Shown here: in pieces, positions 38,189-49,454 of the stretch
How the letters are laid out: the number at the start of each line of letters is the position of its first letter
How positions within the stretch are numbered: the stretch's first letter is position 1
Assembly (NCBI GenBank): GCA_902799835.1
Contig: CADCCF010000002.1
Coordinates: 7,338 to 71,337, forward strand
Direction of reading: 5' to 3'
Length of the DNA stretch: 64,000 nucleotides
Origin: an uncultured Pseudomonadota bacterium
GTDB taxonomy: Bacteria; Pseudomonadota; Alphaproteobacteria; RF32; CAG-239
The notes under the pieces: model-generated
Database searches by the model: none
The model's input: only the letters and a program-made list of their open reading frames with translations
What the model was told of the DNA's origin: nothing
Program-made: the position numbers and the translations under genes

Positions 38189-39016
38189 GTGCTTGAGAAT
38201 ATACATATTTTATACTTGTCAATTTTGCAAGGAATTACCGAGTTTTTACCGGTAAGTTCTTCCGGTCATCTCATATTGTTATCTAAATTTACCAACTTTC
38301 CTGATCAAGGATTGGTATTAGATGTAGCTGTTCATTTTGGCTCAATCTTGGCAGTTTTGATGTATTTTTCTTCCACTATCGCCGACATGGTTAAAGGTGT
38401 ATGGAAGAGCAGATTTATTCCCAATACCACAAATGAAAGCGCTAAGCTTTTTTGGTTGTTGGTGGTTGGAACTTTGCCGATAATTGTTGCCGGTTTATTG
38501 CTTCGTAACTATGGAACTGAATGGATGCGTAGCACAAAACTTGTCGGATGGACAATTTTGGGTTATGGTTTGTTGCTGTTGTTTGCCGACAGTTGCTCAA
38601 TGACAGTAAGACAAATAAAGCATATGGGCTTTTTTGATGCTATACTCATCGGCTTGGCTCAATGCTTAGCGCTTATTCCGGGAACATCGCGCTCCGGTAT
38701 AACTATTACAATGGCACGTTTTTTGGGTTTAGAGCGTACCGAGGCTGCAAAATTTTCAATGTTGCTGTCTATACCGGCTATAATCGGAGCAACGTCTTTG
38801 GTGTGTTGGAAAATTGTGGCTGATGGCAATTTTGCTGAGATAGCACAAGTTTTTGATGGTGTGGTTTATTCTTATGCCGCTTCGGTTATTGCTATATATA
38901 TTGTTATGTGGTGGCTTAAAAAATCAACATTTTTCCCGTTTGTTGTTTATCGCATAGCACTAGGAAGTTTCTTGCTTCTGGATTCTTACGGATATTTGCA
39001 TAAGTGGCTTGACTAA
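38189..39016 (+). CDS. uppP: Undecaprenyl-diphosphatase (BacA).
   Basis: GTG start. BacA family polytopic membrane protein with the SRSG motif. Confidence 0.88.
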   Translation: MLENIHILYLSILQGITEFLPVSSSGHLILLSKFTNFPDQGLVLDVAVHFGSILAVLMYFSSTIADMVKGVWKSRFIPNTTNESAKLFWLLVVGTLPIIVAGLLLRNYGTEWMRSTKLVGWTILGYGLLLLFADSCSMTVRQIKHMGFFDAILIGLAQCLALIPGTSRSGITITMARFLGLERTEAAKFSMLLSIPAIIGATSLVCWKIVADGNFAEIAQVFDGVVYSYAASVIAIYIVMWWLKKSTFFPFVVYRIALGSFLLLDSYGYLHKWLD

Positions 39017-39054
39017 ATTTAAATTTAAGTTTATAGATGAGCTCAATCTGAAAT

Positions 39055-39141
39055 GCTCTGGTGGCGGAATTGGTAGACGCGCAAGTTTCAGGTACTTGTG
39101 AGGGTTTCCTCGTGAAAGTTCGAGTCTTTTCCAGAGCACCA
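39055..39141 (+). tRNA. tRNA-Leu, anticodon CAG.
   Basis: GCTCTGG acceptor, anticodon loop TTCAGGT, a long variable arm, a TTCGAGT T-loop and an encoded CCA. Confidence 0.88.
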
Positions 39142-39143
39142 AA

Positions 39144-39170
39144 ACACACCCTTTGAGGGTGTTTTTTTGT
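39144..39170 (+). terminator. Terminator after tRNA-Leu.
   Basis: acacaccc-tttga-gggtgt plus TTTTTT. Confidence 0.65.
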
Positions 39171-39322
39171 ACTCTTGGGTAAAACAGGTGCCCGAGAAAA
39201 GTTGCAAAGCAAACAAAATTTTGCTGTTCTTTATTTTGTGAAGTGTCGGCAAAAAGTTAATGACAAAAAGATTATTTGCGTTAATATAAAGCAAAACAAA
39301 TTTATGCATAAGAGTTTTGTTT

Positions 39323-40039
39323 ATGAAGACATTATATAAGAGAGTTTTACTCAAGCTTTCCGGTGAGGGTTTATCCGGGGATAAGGGATTCGGTGTTGAT
39401 TCGCAAGCAGTCTTAGCTCTTGCCGAACAGATAAAAAAAATCGTCAAAGCAAAAATTGAAGTTTGTATAGTGGTAGGCGGCGGTAATATTTTCCGTGGCG
39501 CTAAAGATTGCACAATCGGACTAGACCGCTCGCAAGCTGATCAACTGGGAATGATGGCTACCATTATGAATGCCGTAGTTTTGCGCGGTGCCTTGTCTCA
39601 TGTCGGAGTTGAGGCTAGAGTCTTATCGGGTTTGAGTGCTCCTAAAGTTTGTGAAGATTACAATTATGATCGTGCCATAAGCCATCTGCAAAAAGGGCGT
39701 GTGCTTATTTTTGCGGCAGGTACCGGTAATCCTTATTTTACCACCGATACAGGCGCGGCGTTGCGAGCTATTGAAATGCATTGTGATGTCATGCTGAAAT
39801 CCAGCCAGGTAGATGGTGTTTATTCTGCTGATCCGCTTAAAGATAAAAATGCTGTTCGTTATGACGAAGTATCTTATGATGAAGTTATTACCAAAAAACT
39901 CAAGATTATGGATTTGACGGCAGTAGCATTGGCTCGTGAAAACAATTTGCCTTTGATCGTATTTTCACAACACGAAAAAGATTCTCTTGTTAATATAGTG
40001 CAAGGCAAAGGACATTTTTCTACTATCAAAAATAAGTGA
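39323..40039 (+). CDS. pyrH: UMP kinase.
   Basis: KRVLLKLSGE...GGGNIFRG motifs. Confidence 0.92.
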   Translation: MKTLYKRVLLKLSGEGLSGDKGFGVDSQAVLALAEQIKKIVKAKIEVCIVVGGGNIFRGAKDCTIGLDRSQADQLGMMATIMNAVVLRGALSHVGVEARVLSGLSAPKVCEDYNYDRAISHLQKGRVLIFAAGTGNPYFTTDTGAALRAIEMHCDVMLKSSQVDGVYSADPLKDKNAVRYDEVSYDEVITKKLKIMDLTAVALARENNLPLIVFSQHEKDSLVNIVQGKGHFSTIKNK

Positions 40040-40046
40040 GGTTACA

Positions 40047-40610
40047 ATGGAAGATTTTAGCGAAGTTAAAGATAGTGCAATCAGCCGTATGGATAAAACA
40101 ATCGAGACATTGAAGTCTGATTTTGGTTCTTTGCGTGCAGGGCGTGCTCATATCAGTTTACTTGATGGTATTATGGTCGAAGCTTATGGGTCATTGACAC
40201 CGATTGCTCAGGTCGGCTCAATCTCAACTCCGGATGCCCGCACACTATCGGTTAGTGTTTGGGATAAAAGTCTAACTAAAGCGGTGGAAAAAGCCATTAT
40301 GGAGTCTGAATTAGGGTTAAACCCCTCAAGTGATGGTCAACTTATTCGTATTCCGGTGCCGCCTTTGTCCGAAGAAAGACGTAAAGAGTTAATCAAAGTA
40401 GCCGGTAAATATGCTGAAGGAGCTAAAGTAGCTGTTCGCAACATTCGTCGCGATTCGATGGACGGCATCAAAAAGCTGAAAAAGGACAATTCAATTTCAG
40501 AGGATGAAGAAAAGAAATTCGAAAATGAAATTCAGAAATTAACTGACGAGGCTACCAAAAAAATTGACGATATTTTGAGCCAAAAAGAAAAAGATATTTT
40601 GCAAGTATAG
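40047..40610 (+). CDS. frr: Ribosome recycling factor.
   Basis: RRF family, 187 aa, SD GAGG. Confidence 0.92.
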   Translation: MEDFSEVKDSAISRMDKTIETLKSDFGSLRAGRAHISLLDGIMVEAYGSLTPIAQVGSISTPDARTLSVSVWDKSLTKAVEKAIMESELGLNPSSDGQLIRIPVPPLSEERRKELIKVAGKYAEGAKVAVRNIRRDSMDGIKKLKKDNSISEDEEKKFENEIQKLTDEATKKIDDILSQKEKDILQV

Positions 40611-40621
40611 AGGGACATTAG

Positions 40622-41323
40622 TTGAGTAACGAGTTACAACATATTGCCATTATAATGGACGGTAACGGACGCTGGGCCAAAAGTCGCGGTCTGCCGCGTT
40701 CGGCCGGACACAAACAAGGTGCGGAAACCTTGCGCAAAATTGCTGAATCTGCAGCTGATATGGGGCTAAAATATTTAACTGTCTATGCTTTTTCGACTGA
40801 GAATTGGCAACGTCCGCAAGAAGAGGTTGATTATTTGATGGGGCTGTTACGCCAATATCTCAAATCTGAATTGAAAGAGTTGCAAGAACATGGCGCTCGC
40901 ATTTGTTTTGTTGGCGAAAGAAACATGTTGGATGCAGATATCGTTGCTCAAATGGCAAAAATTGAAGCTGACACAGTCGATAACGATAAATTTACGCTGT
41001 GTATTGCTCTAAGCTATGGTTCGCGGCAAGAAATAGTAGCGGCTGTTAAAAATATAGCTCAAGCAGTAAAAAGCGGAAAAAATGATATTGCTGACATCAA
41101 CGAAAAATTAATCAGTGATTCCTTATATACAAAAAATATTCCTGATCCTGATTTGGTGATTCGCACCAGCGGAGAACAACGAATTAGCAATTATTTGTTG
41201 TGGCAAATCGCATATAGCGAATTATTTTTTACCAAAACATTATGGCCGGATTTTACGGTAGATGAGTTAAAGTCAATTATTAACGAATATCAATCAAGGG
41301 AGCGGCGTTATGGCAAAGTCTAA
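40622..41323 (+). CDS. uppS: Undecaprenyl diphosphate synthase.
   Basis: TTG start. HIAIIMDGNGRWA and ERR motifs. Confidence 0.9.
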   Translation: MSNELQHIAIIMDGNGRWAKSRGLPRSAGHKQGAETLRKIAESAADMGLKYLTVYAFSTENWQRPQEEVDYLMGLLRQYLKSELKELQEHGARICFVGERNMLDADIVAQMAKIEADTVDNDKFTLCIALSYGSRQEIVAAVKNIAQAVKSGKNDIADINEKLISDSLYTKNIPDPDLVIRTSGEQRISNYLLWQIAYSELFFTKTLWPDFTVDELKSIINEYQSRERRYGKV

Positions 41324-42104
41324 ATTAAATTCTTTCATCAAAAGGTTGATCACGACACTTATTTTGGTTCCGGTAGTTGTTGGTTGCGTGCTGGGCGGAA
41401 GAGAGGCTGTATCGCTTTTGGCATTGGGTGTGGCCGCTTTATTATCTTGGGAGTGGGCGCATATGTTGCGTGGTCGTAGTGAAGGTTTTGCAGCTCTTTC
41501 TTATCTGGTAGCGACGGTGGTGGCGATTATGATGTCGCCTTATTACATTGCTGTCGGAACAATTATAGTTTTGAGCATGTTGGGCGGTTTTTGTTGGCGT
41601 CACGACAAGCATCTGTTTTTGCGTGTGTTAGGTATTTCCTATATAGCAATCGGTATTGGTTTTATAATGGCATTGTATACTAGTTATGGTGCCGGAGTGG
41701 TTTTGTGGTATATGTGCGCGGTTTGGGCTGTTGATATAGGCGGATATTTGTTCGGTTCTACCTTGCATGGACCAAAATTGGCACCGCGTATTTCTCCCAA
41801 TAAAACTTGGGCCGGTTTATTTGGTGGCATGTTGCTGTCTGTAACGATAAGTTGGTGTGCTTGTCACTGGTTCGGCGGCGACAAATATATGGCCAATGCA
41901 GTTATTTTAGCGGGTATTATCACGATTATTGCCCAAATTGGCGACTTGGTTGAATCGGCGATAAAACGTCATTTAGGCCTAAAAGATTCCAGCAATCTCA
42001 TACCCGGACATGGTGGGGTTTTTGACCGTATTGACGGACTGATTTTTGCTGCGCCGTTTACATATGGTTTGTTGCAAATCATGAAAATAGCTTTTGAATA
42101 TTAG
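41310..42104 (+). CDS. cdsA: Phosphatidate cytidylyltransferase.
   Basis: CTP_transf_1 membrane protein. Confidence 0.85.
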   Translation: MAKSKLNSFIKRLITTLILVPVVVGCVLGGREAVSLLALGVAALLSWEWAHMLRGRSEGFAALSYLVATVVAIMMSPYYIAVGTIIVLSMLGGFCWRHDKHLFLRVLGISYIAIGIGFIMALYTSYGAGVVLWYMCAVWAVDIGGYLFGSTLHGPKLAPRISPNKTWAGLFGGMLLSVTISWCACHWFGGDKYMANAVILAGIITIIAQIGDLVESAIKRHLGLKDSSNLIPGHGGVFDRIDGLIFAAPFTYGLLQIMKIAFEY

Positions 42105-42113
42105 GATAATTAA

Positions 42114-43238
42114 ATGAATTGGTTAATTAACACAATATATTATGTCGTCCCGTTTTTAGTCGTACTCGGAGTATTGGTTTTTGTTCACGAGTTCGGACAT
42201 TATTTAGTAGCAAAACTTTGTGGGGTTAAGGTCGCTGAATTTTCTATCGGTTTTGGCAAACAATTATGGGGTAAATATGACAAATCAGGTACATTGTGGA
42301 AGCTGTCAGCAATTCCCTTAGGCGGTTATTGTAAATTTTTGGGAGATGATGATGCTTCATCTTCAACCAGCAAGGAAGAAGATTTGTCAGATGAAGACAA
42401 AAAATATGCTTTTGCTTATCAAAATCCGTTTAAAAAATTGGCAATCGTGATTGGCGGTCCGGGGTTCAACTACCTGTTTGCTATTTTGGTATTTTTTGGT
42501 ATTTTTGCTATTCTTGGCAAAATGGATTTTCCTCCGGTCATTGGAACAGTGCTGGAAAACAGTGCCGCTCAAGAGGCAGGAATTTTGCCCGGTGATCGGG
42601 TTTTGAGTGTGGATGGTATAGAGATCAAAACCTTTCAGGAGTTCAGACAGGAAATTGAGATGAATACCAGCGGCACCTCGGCAATCAAGTTACGCCGTGG
42701 TGAAGATGTTTTGGATGTGAATGTCCATCTGAAACTTATTGATGATGAAGCATCCGGTGTCAAAACAACCAAGCCGGTTGTCGGGGTTACTTCGGTAAAC
42801 AATATTGAATTCAGCCCGATAAAATTGTCATTGGGTGAAGCATTAAAGGAATCATTCAGTGAGACTTGGCGTATAACTACCATGACTTTGCGAGGGGTTT
42901 ATCAGATGATAACCGGTGCACGGGGAACCGAAGACTTAGGCGGTATAGTGCGCATTGCCGAAATGAGCGGCGACATATCAAAATCAAATTCATGGATAGA
43001 TTTGTTGGTATTTACGGCTTTATTGTCAATTAATTTGGGCTTGATTAATCTTTTTCCGATACCGGTTTTAGATGGTGGTCATGTTGTAATCTTTTTAATT
43101 GAAATAGTAATAAGACGTGAAATTAATGAAAAAGCCAAAGAATGGGTTTTCAAATTTGGCTTTGCTTTGTTGATAGCATTAATGTTTTTTGCTACATACA
43201 ATGACATTATTCACCTTATTAAAAGATGGTTTTCTTAA
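42114..43238 (+). CDS. rseP: RIP zinc metalloprotease RseP (site-2 protease).
   Basis: HEFGH zinc motif, a PDZ domain and LDGG. Confidence 0.88.
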   Translation: MNWLINTIYYVVPFLVVLGVLVFVHEFGHYLVAKLCGVKVAEFSIGFGKQLWGKYDKSGTLWKLSAIPLGGYCKFLGDDDASSSTSKEEDLSDEDKKYAFAYQNPFKKLAIVIGGPGFNYLFAILVFFGIFAILGKMDFPPVIGTVLENSAAQEAGILPGDRVLSVDGIEIKTFQEFRQEIEMNTSGTSAIKLRRGEDVLDVNVHLKLIDDEASGVKTTKPVVGVTSVNNIEFSPIKLSLGEALKESFSETWRITTMTLRGVYQMITGARGTEDLGGIVRIAEMSGDISKSNSWIDLLVFTALLSINLGLINLFPIPVLDGGHVVIFLIEIVIRREINEKAKEWVFKFGFALLIALMFFATYNDIIHLIKRWFS

Positions 43239-43268
43239 AAGTAATTTTTATAGCAAGTGGAGTGTAAA

Positions 43269-45530
43269 ATGAAAAAAATAAATATAGGAAGTTTTTTAGG
43301 ATGCTTGTTGGCTTCAACCAGTGCCTTAGCATCATCTGTCTATGTCAAAGATATTAAGATTGATGGATTGCAGCGCGTTGAGCCTGAAACCGTGTTGTCA
43401 TATATCAACATCAAATCAGGAACTAGCACTACTGATGAGGCGATGAACTCAGCCTTAAAGAATTTGTATTCTACCGGATTGTTTGAGGATGTATCAATTA
43501 ATGTTGATGCCGCCAATGTGATGCGAGTTCATGTTTCGGAAAATCCGATAATTTCACAAGTTTTGTTTGATGGTAATGACAAAATTGATGATGAAATGCT
43601 GACTTCCGAAGTTCGCTTAGCGCCACGCTCCACATTTTCACGCGCTAAGGTTCAGGAAGATGTTCGCCGCATTATGGAAGTTTATCGTCGTTCAGGTCGT
43701 TATGCCACGGTTGTAAATCCTGAGATTATTCGCCGTGACCAAAATCGAGTTGATTTGATATTTAATATTGATGAAGGACCAACAGCCGTTATTGATAAGA
43801 TTAACTTTATCGGCAATCAGCACTATTCAGCCAAAGAGTTGCAAGAAGTTATTATGAGCAAAGAGAGCCGTTGGTATCGCATATTCTCTTCTTCAGAAAA
43901 TTACGATGCTGAAAAAGCCGAATATGACAAAGAATTACTGCGCCGTTTTTACCACAAAAAAGGTTATGCTGATTTCAGAGTTGTTTCCAATGTTGCCGAG
44001 CTCAGCTCCAACAAAAAGTCATTTACTCTGACTTTCGTTGTTGATGAAGGACAAAAGTATAAACTGAACAACATTAAAATTGTTTCAGATATTAACGATA
44101 TTAACGCTGATGATTTTTACAAATTTTTGGAAGTTGAATCCGGTGATATTTACAGCACCGATGATATTGACAAGAGTATAACTGCATTGACCGATGAATT
44201 GGGTAAAAAAGGCTTCGCCTTTGTCGAGGTTGTTCCTGAAGACTATCGTAATGCCACAGATGGTACAGCCGATTTGACTTTCCGTATTCGTGAAGGTGAA
44301 CGCTTCTTTATTGATCGTATTAATATCAAAGGTAATACTCGTACACATGACAAAGTTATTCGTCGCGAGCTGCGCTTGGGCGAAGGTGATGCTTTCAATG
44401 CTTCCAAGATAAAAGATTCTCGTCGTAATTTGGAGAATCTGGACTACTTTGAAAAAGTTGATATTGATACATCGGCTAAAGATGGCAACCGTGCTGATTT
44501 GAATATTGATGTCAAAGAAAAGTCAACCGGATACTTTAACGTCGGTGTTGGTTTTTCAACAGTTAACGGTGCTCTTGTTCGTACCGGCGTTACCGAGAAC
44601 AACTTCCGTGGTGTTGGACAACAAGCTTCATTTGATGTTGCGGTTTCGCAAAAATCTCAAGATTTTGATTTCAGCTTTACTGAGCCTTATTTCTTGGATC
44701 GTCGCTTGCGTGCCGGTTTTGATTTGTTCCATTCGCGTCAGGACTATCAAGACGAAAGTTCTTATGACAGCCGCACTACCGGTGGTCGTTTGCGCACCGG
44801 TTGGAACTACACCGATGACTTGTCTCAACAACTGAGATACACCTTGAAAAAAGATGAAATCACTTCTGTCGGACAATATGCTTCTAAATATATTAAAGCT
44901 GAAAAAGGCGAATATACCGGTTCTTCGGTTGGTACCAGCTTTGTTTATGACAAACGTGATTCTGCCAACTTTACTCGTAACGGTTATTTCTTGATGGCTG
45001 GTGGTGATTTTGCCGGACTTGGCGGTGATGAAAAATACTACAAGTTCGATGGTAAAGCCTATTGGTACTACACCATGATGGACTACTATACCTTTAAGTT
45101 CTTCGCTAATGCCGGCTATATTGACGGCTATTCCGGCGAGCCGGTACGTTTGGCTAACCGTTATTATTTGGGCGGTTATACAATGCGTGGCTTTGAGGTC
45201 GGCGGTATCGGTGCTCGTGACAAACACACTGATGACGCTTTGGGCGGCAACTGGATGGTATATACCGGTGCGGAGTTAGGATTCCCGATTGGTTTGGATG
45301 AACTGGGTATTACAGGCCATGTATTTACTGATGTTGGTATGCTGGGCAAACCTGACGGAATTGACACCAATGATGTATATTACTCAGACAAAGCTAGAGT
45401 TTCAGTCGGTTTTGGTTTCCAGTGGATTTCCCCGATGGGGCAGATCGATATTGATTTCGGTTTCCCGGTTGTCAAAGAGAAGTATGATGAAACAGAGGTA
45501 TTCCGTCTGAATTTCGGTACTCGTTTATAA
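43269..45530 (+). CDS. bamA: Outer membrane protein assembly factor BamA.
   Basis: POTRA repeats plus a C-terminal beta-barrel ending ...FNFGTRL. ATG 43269 has SD GGAG; the track ORF starts at GTG 43257. Confidence 0.9.
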   Translation: MKKINIGSFLGCLLASTSALASSVYVKDIKIDGLQRVEPETVLSYINIKSGTSTTDEAMNSALKNLYSTGLFEDVSINVDAANVMRVHVSENPIISQVLFDGNDKIDDEMLTSEVRLAPRSTFSRAKVQEDVRRIMEVYRRSGRYATVVNPEIIRRDQNRVDLIFNIDEGPTAVIDKINFIGNQHYSAKELQEVIMSKESRWYRIFSSSENYDAEKAEYDKELLRRFYHKKGYADFRVVSNVAELSSNKKSFTLTFVVDEGQKYKLNNIKIVSDINDINADDFYKFLEVESGDIYSTDDIDKSITALTDELGKKGFAFVEVVPEDYRNATDGTADLTFRIREGERFFIDRINIKGNTRTHDKVIRRELRLGEGDAFNASKIKDSRRNLENLDYFEKVDIDTSAKDGNRADLNIDVKEKSTGYFNVGVGFSTVNGALVRTGVTENNFRGVGQQASFDVAVSQKSQDFDFSFTEPYFLDRRLRAGFDLFHSRQDYQDESSYDSRTTGGRLRTGWNYTDDLSQQLRYTLKKDEITSVGQYASKYIKAEKGEYTGSSVGTSFVYDKRDSANFTRNGYFLMAGGDFAGLGGDEKYYKFDGKAYWYYTMMDYYTFKFFANAGYIDGYSGEPVRLANRYYLGGYTMRGFEVGGIGARDKHTDDALGGNWMVYTGAELGFPIGLDELGITGHVFTDVGMLGKPDGIDTNDVYYSDKARVSVGFGFQWISPMGQIDIDFGFPVVKEKYDETEVFRLNFGTRL

Positions 45531-45543
45531 GGGAGGAATTACA

Positions 45544-46557
45544 ATGATAGACAGCCGTTTTTATAAAAACAACGGACCATTCTCGCTTAGCAAAATTGCT
45601 GAAATTTGCGGTGCCGAATTGCAAGACTCTGCCAAAGTTGGGGTTATGATTAATGACATTGCCGGTATAACCTCGGACAAAGAGGGCGAAATTTGTTTCT
45701 TTTTTGATCGCAAGAAAAAAGAAATGGCATCGCAAATCAAGACGACTGCTTGCGTTACCACTTCGGCATTTGTTGAGTTGATACCACAGGGAGTTATTGT
45801 CTTGACCTGTGATGATCCGCATAGTGCTTTTATCAAACTTAATCGTGCTATGTATACCGAGATTATGCACGCACCGGAAATTCATGAACGCGCAGTTGTT
45901 TCACCTACTGCGAAAATTGGCAAAGATTGTTATATCGGACCTAATGCCGTGGTTGGTGATGGCGCGGTGGTTGGCGATAATTGTTATCTGGAACCCAACT
46001 GCACTATCGGCGATAATTGTGTTTTGGGCAACAATTGCCGAATTGGCGCTAATGCCAATGTTATGCATGCTATCCTTGGCAATAATGTTTATATCTATGG
46101 CGGAGCGCGTATCGGTTGGGATGGTTTCGGTTTTCAAACTGTTGCCGGTCAGCATCAAAGAATTGCTCAGCTGGGCAGGGTGATTATCGGCAATGATGTC
46201 GAGATTGGAGCCAACTCTTGCGTTGATCGCGGTGCTTTGGACGATACGGTAATCGGCGATGGTTGCCGCATTGATAATTTGGTACAAGTTGCGCATAATG
46301 ACAAGTTAGGGCGCGGATGTATCTTGGTGGCTCAAGTCGGAGTGGCCGGATCTTGCACTTTTGGCAATTATGTTGTTGCCGGCGGTCAAGTCGGATTCGC
46401 CGATCATTTGAATATCGGCGATATGGCGCAAATTGGCGCTCAATCCGGTGTTATGCGTGATGTTGAAGCCGGTTCAACCATTATGGGAACTCCGGCTATC
46501 GGTGCTCGTGATTTTATGAAGCAAACGGCCTGCGTACAAAAATTATGGAAGAAATAG
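45544..46557 (+). CDS. lpxD: UDP-3-O-acylglucosamine N-acyltransferase.
   Basis: Left-handed beta-helix hexapeptide repeats. Position is between bamA and fabZ. Confidence 0.9.
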   Translation: MIDSRFYKNNGPFSLSKIAEICGAELQDSAKVGVMINDIAGITSDKEGEICFFFDRKKKEMASQIKTTACVTTSAFVELIPQGVIVLTCDDPHSAFIKLNRAMYTEIMHAPEIHERAVVSPTAKIGKDCYIGPNAVVGDGAVVGDNCYLEPNCTIGDNCVLGNNCRIGANANVMHAILGNNVYIYGGARIGWDGFGFQTVAGQHQRIAQLGRVIIGNDVEIGANSCVDRGALDDTVIGDGCRIDNLVQVAHNDKLGRGCILVAQVGVAGSCTFGNYVVAGGQVGFADHLNIGDMAQIGAQSGVMRDVEAGSTIMGTPAIGARDFMKQTACVQKLWKK

Positions 46558-46563
46558 GTTAAA

Positions 46564-47001
46564 ATGACTACTTATACTCGCGAAGATATCTTAAAACTGT
46601 TGCCTCATCGTGATCCGTTTTTGTGGGTTGATAAGATTGATATTATCACCAGCGGTGAAGAGGGCATGGGATATAAAAATATCAAAAAAGACATGGATTT
46701 TTTCCGCGGACATTTTCCCGGTAATCCGGTAATGCCCGGAGTTTTGCAGATTGAGGCTATGGCGCAAACTGCCGGTTGTGTGGTGATGGAAGCATTACGC
46801 AATGATCCCGAACCACCGACACAAGTCTTTTTTATGTCGATTGACAAAGTTAAGTTTCGTCACATGGTGGTGCCGGATTGCCAGCTTAAGATGCATGCCA
46901 AAAAGGTTAAATCGCATGGTAAGGTATATGTTTTTGAAGCCAAGGCTTATGTTGACGACAAATTGGTTTCAGAAGCGACTTTCAGCGCCTTGGTTGGTTA
47001 A
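46564..47001 (+). CDS. fabZ: 3-hydroxyacyl-ACP dehydratase.
   Basis: Hot-dog fold. HFPGNPVMPGVL motif. Confidence 0.92.
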   Translation: MTTYTREDILKLLPHRDPFLWVDKIDIITSGEEGMGYKNIKKDMDFFRGHFPGNPVMPGVLQIEAMAQTAGCVVMEALRNDPEPPTQVFFMSIDKVKFRHMVVPDCQLKMHAKKVKSHGKVYVFEAKAYVDDKLVSEATFSALVG

Positions 47002-47079
47002 AAATTATTTGCCAAAACGGTTTTAGTGTTTTATAACTTGGCACAAGTTTAAAACCTTAAGATTCGGAGTTTTTTGATT

Positions 47080-48189
47080 ATGGGATTTAATTGTGGTATT
47101 GTAGGTCTGCCTAATGTCGGCAAATCAACTTTGTTTAATGCGTTAACCCAAACTATTGCGGCACAAGCGGCTAATTTTCCTTTTTGCACGATTGAGCCTA
47201 ATGTCGGCAGAGTAGCCGTGCCGGACAAGCGCCTAAAAATCTTAGAGGAAATGGTAAAACCGAAGATGGTAACCCCAACGCAATTGGAGTTTGTTGATAT
47301 TGCCGGTTTGGTCAAAGGAGCATCCAAAGGCGAAGGTTTGGGCAACCAGTTTTTGGCCAACATCAGAGAGGTTGATGCCATAATCCATGTTTTGCGTTGT
47401 TTTGAAGACGACAATATCACTCATGTTGAAGGCTCGGTTGATCCTATTCGCGATGCCGAAATTGTTGAAACCGAATTAATGATTGCCGATTTGGAATCTT
47501 TGGAAAAACGTCTTGATCAGGCCACCAAAAAAGCTCGTGGCGGCGACAAAGAAGCGATTGTTAATGTTGCAGTGATGACACCTGTTATTGAGGCCTTAAA
47601 GGCAGGCAAACCCGCCCGCACCGCCAAGCCGGACGAGAGCAACAAAGATGCCTGCAAAGCCTATAAAAATTTGCAGCTTTTGACCTCTAAACCGGTTTTG
47701 TATGTCTGCAATGTTGATGAAGCTTCGGCGGCTAACGGTAACGAATTTTCTAAAAAAGTTTTTGCCAAAGCCAAACAAGAAAATGCTCGCGCCGTAGTGA
47801 TTTCGGCAGCGATTGAGGCGGAAGTTGCCCAGCTTGAGAGCGAGGAAGAGCGGGCTGAATTTTTGGCTGATTTAGGCTTGAGTGAAACCGGTTTGGCCAA
47901 AATTATCCGCGAGGGCTATGAGCTTTTAGGCTTACAAACTTATTTTACCGCCGGACCGAAAGAAGTGCGCGCTTGGACATTTATCAAAGGTTCTAAAGCT
48001 CCGGTTTGCGCCGGAATTATTCACTCTGATTTTGAGCGCGGATTTATCAGAGCTGAAACCATCTCGTTTGATGACTTTGTCAAGTTTGGTGGTGAGCAAG
48101 GCGCCAAAGAAGCCGGTAAAATGCGCTCCGAGGGCAAGGATTATGTCGTCCAAGATGGCGATTTGCTCAATTTTTTGTTTAATGTGTAG
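47080..48189 (+). CDS. ychF: Ribosome-binding ATPase YchF (Obg-family GTPase).
   Basis: [10 protein letters not shown]-loop and a C-terminal TGS domain. Confidence 0.9.
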   Translation: MGFNCGIVGLPNVGKSTLFNALTQTIAAQAANFPFCTIEPNVGRVAVPDKRLKILEEMVKPKMVTPTQLEFVDIAGLVKGASKGEGLGNQFLANIREVDAIIHVLRCFEDDNITHVEGSVDPIRDAEIVETELMIADLESLEKRLDQATKKARGGDKEAIVNVAVMTPVIEALKAGKPARTAKPDESNKDACKAYKNLQLLTSKPVLYVCNVDEASAANGNEFSKKVFAKAKQENARAVVISAAIEAEVAQLESEEERAEFLADLGLSETGLAKIIREGYELLGLQTYFTAGPKEVRAWTFIKGSKAPVCAGIIHSDFERGFIRAETISFDDFVKFGGEQGAKEAGKMRSEGKDYVVQDGDLLNFLFNV

Positions 48190-48203
48190 GTAGAATCTAA
48201 AAA

Positions 48204-48668
48204 ATGCGGCTTGCTTTATTTCAACCCGATATTCCGCAAAACACCGGAACCCTGTTGCGTCTGGGCGCTTGCCTTGATTTGCCGATAGATATTATTGAAC
48301 CATGCGGATTTTTGTTTAATGAAAAAGCGATGAAGCGTGCCGGTATGGATTATTTGGATTTTGCTTCATATCGCCGTCACGATTCGTGGGAAGATTTTCT
48401 AAAGTTTCGTGCTGATAATCCTCAAGAATACGGACGTATCGTTTTGATGACAACACACGCCACTCAACCTTATACCGATTTTTGTTTCCAAGAAAACGAC
48501 ATTATTTTGATGGGGCGCGAGTCGGCGGGTGTTCCCGAAGCCGTGCATCAAATGGCCGATGCCAGGCTCACCATACCGATGAACCCGAATGCACGTTCAA
48601 TCAATATGGCAATTTCTGCTGCCTTGGCAGTCGGCGAAGCACTTCGCCAAACCAGATGGTGCAAATAA
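48204..48668 (+). CDS. trmL: tRNA (cytidine/uridine-2'-O)-methyltransferase TrmL (SpoU family).
   Basis: Short SpoU/TrmH fold, 154 aa. Confidence 0.8.
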   Translation: MRLALFQPDIPQNTGTLLRLGACLDLPIDIIEPCGFLFNEKAMKRAGMDYLDFASYRRHDSWEDFLKFRADNPQEYGRIVLMTTHATQPYTDFCFQENDIILMGRESAGVPEAVHQMADARLTIPMNPNARSINMAISAALAVGEALRQTRWCK

Positions 48669-48858
48669 ATCTTAAGTTTATAGTGAAAAAGTATTTTTGG
48701 GCGATTATCTAGGCAATAAAGGCTTAACGCTCGATAAAAAACTCAGCAATGATAAAAAAAGTTGCAAAACATGATGTTTTTTAGTTGAAAATTAAGTTTT
48801 TATTGTTAAGTTAATCCTGTATTAGTTGTTATGCAACTGAGATAAATTTAAAACCCAT

Positions 48859-49332
48859 ATGGAGAAAATTAAAATGAAAAAACTTTTAAGTTTGGTTTGT
48901 GCTGTTATGGCTTTGTCTGCTTGCTCAACCTTGAGTGAGAGCGCTTTGTTCGGTGGCAGCGAATGTGAATCTAAATTAGCTCGTGATTTTATGGCTAACG
49001 CCGAAGACAGAGTATTCTTTGCTTTTGATAGCTCAGCTATTTCTGCTGATGCTGCTGAAGTTTTGAACTCTCAAGCAAAATGGTTGAAGAGCCATGACAA
49101 TGTAAATGTTGTTGTTCAAGGCTACTGCGATGAAAGAGGTACCAGAGAATACAACTTGGCTTTGGGTGAAAGACGTGCCAATGCCGTAAAACAATACTTG
49201 GTATCTAAAGGTGTTGCAGCCAACAGAATCTCTACCATTTCTTATGGTAAAGAAAGACCGGCTGTTTTGGGCAACAACGAAACCGCTTGGGCTCAAAACC
49301 GTCGTGCTGTTACAGTTGTAGCTGCTAACTAA
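48859..49332 (+). CDS. pal: Peptidoglycan-associated lipoprotein (OmpA-like domain).
   Basis: Lipobox LSAC. OmpA C-terminal motif NRRAV. The likely start is ATG 48874. Confidence 0.85.
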   Translation: MEKIKMKKLLSLVCAVMALSACSTLSESALFGGSECESKLARDFMANAEDRVFFAFDSSAISADAAEVLNSQAKWLKSHDNVNVVVQGYCDERGTREYNLALGERRANAVKQYLVSKGVAANRISTISYGKERPAVLGNNETAWAQNRRAVTVVAAN

Positions 49333-49454
49333 TACCTTTTTGAGGTTTTATGATATGCTCTGGGCTAATAGTTCAGAGCATATTTTTTATTCTTGAGATT
49401 TGTGATAATTTGTTTTAGATTTGAAAAAACAAATTTTATTAAAGCGAGGCAAAA

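Noticed and set aside
44628-45227. 199-aa minus-strand ORF inside bamA
   Set aside because: It is antisense to the conserved bamA barrel region. The same reasoning rejects the other short antisense ORFs in the track, for example 47049..47420, 52184..52636, 45561..45836 and 59881..60183.
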